DNA of 64,000 bases from an uncultured Verrucomicrobiae bacterium. GTDB taxonomy: Bacteria > Verrucomicrobiota > Verrucomicrobiia > Chthoniobacterales > Chthoniobacteraceae. Below are positions 54,564 to 64,000 of this stretch, in pieces; the stretch's first letter is position 1; every line of letters starts with the position of its first letter. The position numbers and the translations under genes were made by a program. Location: NCBI GenBank assembly GCA_963828525.1, contig CAWHEP010000004.1, positions 197,891 to 261,890 of the forward strand. The letters run 5' to 3'. The notes beneath the pieces were generated by a model. It did no database searches. It saw only the letters and a list, made by a program, of their open reading frames with translations, and was not told where the DNA came from.

Positions 54564-57500
54564 GCTTCATGCGCGAAGCGCGTTCAGCTTCCTGCGGGCC
54601 GCGTCGCAACCGGAAAAGCTCGTCCGACAAGCTGCGAGCCTGGGTCTGACTGGGCTTGCGGTCTGTGATCGCGACGGCGTTTATGGAGCGGCCCGCGTTC
54701 ACGCGGCGGCGCGGGAGCAGAAAATCCGCCCGATGGTGGGCGCGGAGCTGACGCTGGAAGACGGGGGTATCTTACCCGTCCTTGTAGAATCTCGTGAGGG
54801 CTATCGCAATCTGTGCAAGCTGATTACGAGAGCGAAGTTGCGCGGCACCAAGGAACACGCCCCGATACGCTGGGATGATCTGCCGGATTTCGCGGGCGGC
54901 CTGGTGGCGCTTACCGGTGATGAAGATGGGCCGATACGCCGAGCGCTGGAGCAGGGTGATAATGCAGCGGCGGAGCAAGCAGTGAAGAGGCTTAAAGGTT
55001 CATTTGGGGAAAAAAATGTCTTCATGGAAGTCCAGAGGCAGCTACGCCGCGGCGAGAAAACGGTGAACAAAGCGATCATTCATCTCGCGGAAGCCCAAAA
55101 GTTGCCGTTACTGGCAACCAACGGAGTGCTTTATGCGACGAAAGCGGAAAAGGCGGTGCTGGATGTCTTCACCTGCGCGCTAAATCATACCAATCTTGAC
55201 GCGGGCGGAAAGTTGCTGGCGGCGAATAATGAGCGGTATTTGAAACCCGCCGAGCGCATGACGCGCCTTTTCGCGGATTTGCCGGAGGGAATAACAAACA
55301 CACTGCGTCTCGCCGAGCGGCTGGAATTTTCATTGGAAAATCTTGGCTACGAATTTCCGAAATACCGCGTGCCGCAAGACGAGACGATGGATTCGTTTCT
55401 CCGCAAAATGACAATGGCGGGGGCGAGAGCGCGGTATTCGCATTTAAGCGCGGCGGGTAGCGGCTCAGATTGAACGTGAGCTTGATTTGATCGCGAAGCT
55501 TGGCTTCGCCGGATATTTCCTGATCGTCTGGGATTTGGTGAACTTCTGCACCGCAGAACCGCATTCTCGTGCAAGGTCGAGGCAGCGCGGCCAATAGCGT
55601 CGTTTGTTATTCGCTCGGCATAACAGCCTGCGATCCGATTGCCTGTAATCTTTTATTTGAGCGATTTTTAAGCGAAGGGCGAACTTCGTGGCCGGATATC
55701 GATCTGGATCTGCCGAGCGGCGACCGGCGCGAGAGCGTAATCCAGGAGGTCTATCGCCGGTATGGCGCCAGTGGCGCGGCGATGACGGCAAACGTTATTA
55801 CTTACAGGGGAAAGAGCGCCATGCGCGAAATCGGCAAGGCGCTTGGCTTCGAGGCCGAAACGCTGAGCCGGTTTTCGCGTCTCTTTGCGAGTGGTGATTT
55901 TCCGCACACAATGGAGCTGAGAGACCAGCTTAAGCGGTCGGGTATCGAATCCGCGCACCCGCGAGCGCCGGCTGCGGTCGCTCTGTATGAGAACATTTAC
56001 GGATTGCCGCGTCATCTTGGGCAGCATTCCGGCGGGATGATCATCTGCCAGGGGCAATTAGATTCGATTGTACCGCTGGAACGCGCCTCGATGGAGGGGA
56101 GAGTTGTCGCGCAATGGGACAAGGACGACTGCGAAGATTTGGGTATCATCAAGGTCGATTTGCTCGGACTCGGCATGATGGCAGTCATGCAGGACTCGCT
56201 TGAACTTTGTTCGGCTCGCAACCGGCCCATCGACTTGGCGGCGATTCCCAAAGATGACCCGGCAACATACGATTTAATGTGCGCTGCCGATACTATCGGC
56301 GTCTTCCAAATCGAAAGCCGGGCGCAGATGGCAACGCTTCCGAGGATGAAACCCCGGTGCTTCTATGATGTGGTTGTCGAGGTTGCTATTATCCGGCCCG
56401 GCCCCATCCAGGGCGACATGCTGCACCCCTTTCTGGAGCGGCGGGCTGGACGGCAGGACGTAGTCTATTTTGATGAAAGATTAAAGCCCGTTCTGGAGCG
56501 AACGCTCGGCGTCCCGCTTTTTCAGGAACAACTGCTTAAAGATCGCCATGGTTATGGCGAGATTTCTCGGGAGGAGAAGCAGAGGAATTACGCCGCGCTC
56601 TCAGTTACCATCGCTCACAGGAACGGATGGAAAAAGTTTGCGTAAAACTGCGCGCGGGCATGGAGCGAAATGGCACGAAACCGGACGTGATTGATGCTGT
56701 GACGAAGGCTGTCCAGTCCTTTGCCGTTTATGGCTTTCCAGAAAGCCATGCCATCAGCTTCGCCAACCTGGTCTACGCGAGTTGCTGGTTGAAAGTCCAT
56801 CGGGCGGCAGAGTTTTTTGCGGGCCTGCTCAATAATCAGCCGATGGGTTTTTATTCGCCCGCATCGCTGGTCGCTGACGCGAAGCGGCATGGGCTGCGCA
56901 TCAAGCCTGTATCGGTGATTCAATCAGATTGGTTCTGCGGAGTGGAAGCTGATGATGTTTTGCGCCTCGGGCTTTGTTATGTGAAAGGCATGCGGCGCGA
57001 GGACGGCGAACGCATTGTCGCCGAACGGCAAAAATCTTCTTTTGTGTCGCTCGTGGATTTTCAGTTGCGGGTGGCATTGCCGCAAGCGGCCTCGCGAGCG
57101 CTGGCAAAAATTGGCGCGTTAAACGGGCTGGCCGAACATCGGCGGGATGCTCAGTGGAAAGTGGAAGCGCGCCGGGATGCGAATGATCTGTTCGCGCATG
57201 CGGTGGGCGCGAATGCGATGCCTTTGGAGCATATGAATTCCGGGGAACGATTGCAGGCCGATTACAGCGGGACGGGCCTCTCGGTTGGCCCGCACCCCAT
57301 GAAAATCATTCGTAATCATCTGCCAGAAATTTGGCGGGCATCCGACTTGGCCGCGGCGCGGAGCGGCTCGCCAGTCAAGATTGCAGGGCAGGTGATCTGT
57401 CGGCAACGGCCGGGAACGGCGAAGGGATTTGTATTCATCAGTCTCGAAGACGAGACGGGCGTTGCAAACGCAATTTTGACACCAAAGATTTTCGAGCATT

Positions 57501-57646
57501 ACCGGTTGCTCGTCACGGAAGAGCCTTTTCTCGTCATCGAGGGCCTTATGCAGAACTTCGAGAACGTCATCCACGTCAAGGCCAGCCGGATTGAGGCACT
57601 GCAATTCAGGGAACTGGTCATGCCGCCTTCTCACGATTTCCGTTAA
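54544..57646 (+). CDS. dnaE2: Error-prone DNA polymerase DnaE2 (two frameshifts)
   Basis: YIELHARSAFSFL, GRGSAANS, PDIDLD, YGFPESHA, RQRPGTAKG and a C-terminal SHDFR. Confidence 0.95.
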
Positions 57647-57677
57647 TCTAGAAAAACGGTCCTGAAAAAAAAGACTT

Positions 57678-57752
57678 TGGCAGCGCGTACGGGAGTCGAA
57701 CCCGTGCACCAGCCTTGAGAGGGCTGTGTCCTAACCACTAGACGAACGCGCC
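57678..57752 (-). tRNA. tRNA-Glu (anticodon CTC)
   Basis: GGCGCGTTCGTCTAGTGGTTAGGACACAGCCCTCTCAAGGCTGGTGCACGGGTTCGACTCCCGTACGCGCTGCCA; cloverleaf with encoded CCA. Confidence 0.97.
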
Positions 57753-57884
57753 GTTTTGGGAGGGGGATTCTAGTGCAGCCCGGCTCTGTTCACAAATGCA
57801 ATGTTCGAGCTTTTCCAGCTTCATCATCACGAGGCGCCTCGCCTCCAGGCCTAGCACGGATGTTGCTAATATCATTTTCGCGGA

Positions 57885-59934
57885 TTGATGAAAATGACGT
57901 GCTCACATCGCGCCGGTGCTTCCTCAGCCTGCGGCAGGATACTCCTGTTGCTGGCCGGCTGGCTTCTCGTCTCTTCCTCGCGCGTCACCGCAGCAGACGC
58001 TGCAACGACCGATGTAACGGACCTGACCTTGGAGCAGCTCATGCAGGTGCAAGTTACGGGAGCGTCAAAGTTTACACAGGATGCCTCAGAGGCGCCGGCT
58101 TCTGTGACGGTGATCGGGCAGGACGACATAAAGCGGTTTGGCTACCGCACGCTGGCTGAAATCCTTCAGAGCGCCCGCGGCTTCTACACGGTGGGCGATG
58201 GCGCTTACACCTACGCTGGAGTCCGGGGATTTAGCCGCCCAGGGGATTTCAATGATCGTCTTCTCCTGCTAATCGACGGTCACAGGACCAACGAGAATAT
58301 TTATGGCAGCGCCCTCTTGGGTAACGAGGAAATACTCGATGTCGATCTTATCGATCACGTGGAAGATTCATCCGCGGCCCCTCATCGTCCCTTTACGGGA
58401 CGAATGCCTTCTTTGGTGTTATTAACGTCATCACTCGGCGGCCGGGGGATTTTCATTATGGCGAGGCGACGGCTTCCACCGGTAGCTTCGATAGCGAGAG
58501 CGGCAGGATCACCTTCGGACACCATTTCACCGACGGGCTGGAAGTCCTGATCTCCGGTTCCATTCTCGAAAGCAGCGGCCACCAGAAGCTCTATTTCAAC
58601 GAATACAACTCACCCAGGACGAATTATGGCCAGGCGGATAACCTCGACTATGACCGCCCCCGCACAGGATTTCTAAAGGTCGGGTATGGCGACTTCACAC
58701 TGGAAGGCGCTTACATGACGCGGCAGAAAGCGATTCCCACCGGCGAGTATGGAGTTGTTTTCGACGATCCCCGAAACCGGCAGCGGGAACAATCTCCTAC
58801 CTTGACCTCAGCTACAGCCACAACTTCAGTGAGTGGGAGACGCAGGCGAGGGCAAGCCTCGACCAATACCGATACGGAGGTTTCTTTCCTACAGACAACG
58901 CGCTTGCGGATGGGTCGACCGAGCGTGTCCTCAACGAGGACGACATCCTGTGGCAGGTGGTTCCGAACCCTATAAGGTGCAGGTGACTTAATAGGTTCGC
59001 GGAAAGTCACCGCATCACCCTAGGCGGTGATTTTCAGGAGAATCTTCAGCAGAATCTCCCGAAGCTACACGTTGCCCGGTAACTCTGTACAGCAACGTGC
59101 GTCAGCACAGCCTTGAATACGGCCTCTTCGCCCAGGATGAATACCGGTTGACCCGTTTGCTGACACTTAATGCTGGCTTGCGATACGACTGGTACCAGCA
59201 GTTTGGCAGCACTTTTAACCCCAGACTGGCTTTGATTTTCCAACCCGCCAAAGGCACGGCCATCAAGCTTCTATTTGGGAGGGCCTTTCGCGCTCCAAAT
59301 GCCAACGAAAGTGTACTACGCCTCCAATAACTGGTACGCGAATCCCTCACTCAAACCAGAGCACATCCAGAGCTATGAAGCAGTGATCGAGCAGCAGCTC
59401 GACACCCATATCAGGCTAACTCTAAACGCCTACTTCAACCAGATCACGGACCTCATCTCCCAGCAGACCAATCAGTCCACGGGGTATACCTTCTATGCGA
59501 ACTCCGATTCAGCGAACACACACGGCGCCGAAGCCGAAATCGAAGGGCAATGGGCGCATGGCCTGCGCGCCCGCCTGAGCTATGCCTGGCAGGAGACACA
59601 TGATGACGCTACGGGGGCCGAACTCACGAACTCACCACGGCACCTCGCCAAGCTGAACGTGCTCGTCCCGTTCTTCGACGACAAAGCGTCGCTCGGACTG
59701 GAGGCTCAGGACGTCAGTTCACTCAGGGTGGCGGAAGGGGAAAATACGAGTGGTTACTTCGTTGCGAATGCAACTCTCTTTAGCCATCGCTTGCTGGATC
59801 ACCTGGAGCTTTCCGCGAGTCTCTATAATATGTTCGATACACGCTATAGCTATGCGGCTGGTCCCGGTTTCCTGGAGGACACGCTGCCCGCCTCGGGTCG
59901 TTCTTTCCGTGTAAAGGCCACGTACAGTTTCTGA
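57885..59934 (+). CDS. TonB-dependent receptor (several frameshifts)
   Basis: DLTLEQLMQVQV, plug EAPASVTVI...VRGF...LLLIDG, GLRYD, C-terminal YNMFD...KATYSF. Confidence 0.88.
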
Positions 59935-59936
59935 TC

Positions 59937-60496
59937 GTGAAAGCGTCCATGGCTGAGCACCGCTCGCGCTGCTTTACCACCGGATTATTCGCGCTCGCGT
60001 GCTGGCTGCTTTGTTCGTTCTCGCTGTCCGCGGGGAACGAGGTAGAAAGCCGGGTGAAGGCAGCTTGTCTCTTTAACATTGCCAAGTTCACTGACTGGCC
60101 AGATGCGAAGTTCGCGTCAGGAGACGCCCCAATCCTTATCTGCTGCTTCTGCGACCAGGAATTTGCCGCAATACTGGAACGAACGGTAGCCGGCAAAACC
60201 GCTGGAGCCCGGCGGGTCGCCGTTCGTCGCATCGCGGGCGCGGATGACGTGCGGGCCTGCCACATCCTCTTCGTTGGCGCGAGCCAGGTAAACTCTCTGG
60301 CCCGCTTCTTGCTCGTGCGAAGGAGAACAGCGTTCTGTCCGTCGGTGAAGCAGGTGGTTTTCTCACCCGCGGTGGAATGATCAACTTTTATGAGGAGAAC
60401 AATACAGTGCATTTCGAAGTGAATCCGAAGACGGCGGAACGCGCCGGCCTGAAACTCAGCTCCCGCCTCCTCATGGTGGCAAAAATCGCCCGCTGA
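59937..60496 (+). CDS. YfiR family (DUF4154) periplasmic protein (frameshifted)
   Basis: VKAACLFNIAKFTDWP, CHILF, shifted frame GMINF...AGLKLSSRLL. Confidence 0.88.
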
Positions 60497-60503
60497 TACT
60501 CCT

Positions 60504-62160
60504 GTGATTCCCCTCCTGCGAAACTTCAAAATCGAGCGCAAGCTCATGCTCATCGTGCTGATGAGTTGCGCGATCGCGCTCTTTGTTGCCGGAGGCGTTC
60601 AGACGGCATTCGAGCTTTTCGCTGCGCGCCGCGCGTTCATCCGCGATCTCACAACGCTTGGCGAGGTCATCGCCTCCAACACCACGGTCGCCGTTGCCTT
60701 CAAGGACGCCAAGGCCGCGCAGGAAGGACTGGTCTCAGCAAAAGCCAACCCCGCCGTTCTTTCCGCGAGCATCTGGCTGCCGGATGGCTCCGCCCTGTGC
60801 CGCTTTGGCGAACCGGCAGGCATCTCCAAGGCGGAAGCGCGCGGCGCGAAGGCGACCTTCGTAATTGAAGGCCTGGCGGTGAAACATCTCCAGCCGATCG
60901 TTCTGGAAGGCGAAAGGATCGGCACCCTTTGTTTGCGATCCGATTTTGGCCCCGAGCTAATCCACGGCTTTCGGGTGGAGTTGCTCACATTCGGCGGAGC
61001 GACGGCAGTGGCTCTCCTCCTGGCCCTCCTGATCTCACGAAAGCTTCAAACCGCCATCTCAGGCCCCATCCGAAACTTGGCGGACACGGCCTCTGAGATC
61101 GCCTCGCGAAAAGATTATTCCGTTCGCGCCGAAAAGTTTGAGAGCGACGAAGTTGGCGCGTTCACCGACGCGTTCAACCACATGCTGGATGAAATCGAGC
61201 GGCAGGACGGCGCGCTGCGTCACGAGATCGAAGAGCGCGCCCGCGCCGAGCAGGAGGTGGATCAACTTCACAAGCAAGTGCTGGCCACCTCGCGCCAGGC
61301 TGGGATGGCCCAGGTCGCCACCGGCGTGCTGCATAATGTTGGGAACGTTCTGAACAGTGTGAACATCTCCACCGCGCTCCTCACCGAGCACGTGAAGAAA
61401 TCCCGCGCCCGGAATGTAGGCAGGCTTGCTGATCTGTTGCGAGGCCGCTCGAGCGATCTGGCGGATTTCCTCACCAACGATCCAAGGGGCCGCGCTGCCG
61501 GAATATGTAGCCGAGCTGGGCCAGCGCCTCGACTCCGAGCGCCCCAAGATGCTGGCTGAGATCGAGGCGCTTAGTTCCAACATCGAGCACATAAAAGAGA
61601 TTGTCGCCATGCAGCAGAATTACGCGAAGGTGCATGGCGTCACAAAGACACTGCCTCTTGTCGAACTAGGGAGGACGTGATGCGGATGAACGCCGCCGCT
61701 TTTGTGCGTCATGGCGTTACCCTGGAGCGCGATTTCGCCGACATCCGCCCGTTGCGGGGACAAGCACAAAGTTTTGCAGGTGCTGACCAACCTTCTGCGC
61801 AACGCAAAATATGCTGTGGATGAAATCCCCATCGAGCCGAAGCTTGTGAGTGTGAGCATCACCACCGATGGCGCGGGTTTCGCGCTCGTCGTCGTGGAGA
61901 CAACGGAGTCGGACCCGCCGGAGAATATCACCCGCATCTTTGGACATGGATTTACCACGCGTCGCGATGGGCATGGCTTTGGCCTGCACAGCGCGCGCTC
62001 GCGGCGAAGGAGATGGGCGGCCGTCTGGAGGTCCACAGCGATGGACTCGGCGCGGGAGCCGTATTTACTCTTCGCCATCCCTCTCGCGGTTACTCGTCCA
62101 TTCGCAGTACCAGGAGGTGTATGCCAGAGCGTGGAAGCCCTGACAATCGGCGCATTCTGA
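60504..62160 (+). CDS. Membrane sensor histidine kinase (periplasmic CHASE-like, HAMP, HisKA, HATPase), frameshifted; end approximate
   Basis: Two TMs, DYSVRA..SDEVG, TGVLHNVGNVLN, QVLTNLLRNA, GHGFGLH. Confidence 0.85.
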
Positions 62161-63854
62161 TCATCGATGATAATCCGGCGAACCATTAGGTTTTTCGGAA
62201 TATCCTCGTGCCCGACACCTCAGGAGATGCTGCCCTGGATGACTTCGAATCGCTGATCTTCGGCGAAGACGCGAGGGCGCCGCAAGCTTCAGGGTTTGAA
62301 CTTGAGCACGCTTATCAGGGCCGGGAAGGTCTCGCTCTCATCGAGGCCGCCCGCGCCGAGGGCCGCCCCTTTGCCATGGCCTTCGTCGACGTGCGGATGC
62401 CGCCCGGCTGGGATGGCATTGAGACGATCTCTCGAATTGGGCCCGTGGAGCCGCTCCTTCAAGCCGCAAACCCGCACCGCTTACCCCGATTACGGCTGGG
62501 ATGGCATGATGGAGAAGCTCGGCGCTTCCGACAACCTCGTCATTCTGAAGAAGCCGTTCGATCGGATTGGGGCGCTTCAACTTGCGGACGCACCACTAAT
62601 AAATCAATCTCGCGCGGCGGGCCGCATTCCCGCGGATGAACTTGAACGCATGGTGGCTGAGCGCACCGCCGCGCTGGAAGCGGCCCAGGAGCAACGCCTG
62701 GGAAGCTGTACAAGATGGAAGCAGTCGGGCGGCTTGCCGCCGGCGTTGCTCACGACTTCAACAACCTGCTGACCGTGATTCAGGGTTCTCAGGCCGCCAG
62801 CTCGCGCGTCTACCCGCGGGTTCGGATGTGGCCATCTCCCTGAATTAATCTCCACGGCCGCCGAGCGCGCGCGAACCTCACGCGCCAGCTTCTGGCATTC
62901 AGCCGCAAGCAGGTAATGCAGCCACGCCTGCTTGATCTCAACGAGCGGCTCGCGGCCCGGCAACCCATCCGCGGCCTTTCCCGGCTCCCATATTGCCCTT
63001 TGGTTTGAACTTGCTCCAGAGTTGCCTGCCTTCTTTGCGGATCCAATCAATCTTGACCAGATTATTCTTAACCTCACCTTTAATGCGTGTGACGCCCGCC
63101 TGACGATGGCAGCATTGTCATCAAAACGGGACTGGACGAGATTTGTCGCGACCGCATCCCCGCCACTGCGGACACAGCCGCCCCTGGTCCTCACCTCCGT
63201 GTCACCATTGCCGATACGGGCGTCGGGATGGATGAAGATACAGCAAGGCACCTTTTCGAGCCGTTTTTCACCACCAAGGAAGTTGGCCAGGGAACCGGCA
63301 TGGGCCTCGCGACAGTTCAGGGCATTGTGCATCAGCATCGAGGCTGGATCGATGTCGAGGCCGCGCCAGGCCAGGGCTCGGCCTTTCACGTCTTCTTCCC
63401 GGCCACCGCTGATGCTATGGAAGACTGCCTATCATCGGACACGCGCTTAAAACCCTTACGCGGCACCGGCACAGGTACTCATTGCCGAGGACGAGGAAGC
63501 CGTAAGCCTCCTTGCCACTGCCACCTTCGAGGAACACGGATTCCACGTCCTGGCCGCTCCAAACGCCACGGAAGTCCTGCGTCTGTGGCGCCTCCATGCG
63601 GAGGATGTGGTGCTGCTCTTTACCGACATGGTCATGCCGGGAGGCATTTCGGGATATGACCTGGCGCGCCAGCTCCGCGTGGAGCGGCCCGCGCTTCCCG
63701 TGATCTTCTCAGCGGGTACAGCAGGGAACTGCTCACCGGCGGCGTTCAACTCGAGGAAGGCGTGAACTATCTCCCAAAGCCGTATCGCCCCGCGGATCTC
63801 CAAATCATAGCCACTGCCCTCGCGGAGACCTCACCGCGAGCGGCTTGCGGGTAG
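62121..63854 (+). CDS. Hybrid response regulator/histidine kinase (REC-HisKA-HATPase-REC), heavily frameshifted
   Basis: [58 protein letters not shown] at 62112. Confidence 0.8.
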
Positions 63855-63948
63855 CAGTCCCGCCTGGCTGGATGCCTGCCTTGCCTGCGCTGCTTGATCA
63901 GCGAATGAGTTTGCCCCGCGCTCAACAACGTGTTACACATTGATCCAT

Positions 63949-64000
63949 CATGAAGATCCTCCTGCCACTTGTTTTCCTCTCTGTTACTTTTTCCAGCCTG
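63949..64000 (+). CDS. Start of a probable secreted protein (partial)
   Basis: MKILLPLVFLSVTFSSL signal-peptide-like start at the window edge. Confidence 0.4.

Noticed and set aside
57647..57752. tRNA-Glu as the integration site of an island carrying imuABC
   Set aside because: No duplicated tRNA 3' end and no integrase seen.

Overview
Bacterial chromosomal window, most consistent with a Verrucomicrobia (Chthoniobacterales/Spartobacteria-like) genome. The evidence is a TGTTC-N4-GAACA LexA box and the gene content; this is inference, not a database result. Many conserved genes (pyrG, kdsB, phoH, dnaE2, hldA) are split by single-base indels, most likely uncorrected long-read errors, so split ORFs are merged below. 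The backbone carries housekeeping and envelope genes (rpmE-prfA-degQ; an LPS core operon ending in kdsB-pyrG; phoH-HD-ybeY-clpS), pectin-use genes (GH88-like, uxaC, PL4 lyase), an SOS imuA-imuB-dnaE2 cassette, tRNA-Glu(CTC) and a TonB receptor-YfiR-kinase cluster. The most unusual region is a ~6.3 kb island (21457-27802) between degQ and pyrG. There a RAYT-type HUH (Y1) transposase is bounded by a perfect 16-bp inverted repeat (GGGGGTCAGGCTGCAT). Six copies of this end occur in total, and they delimit 5'-truncated polymorphic-toxin fragments with downstream immunity-like genes, IS66 remnants and a duplicated 3' end of pyrG. The pattern suggests a transposase-driven toxin/immunity cassette-capture locus.
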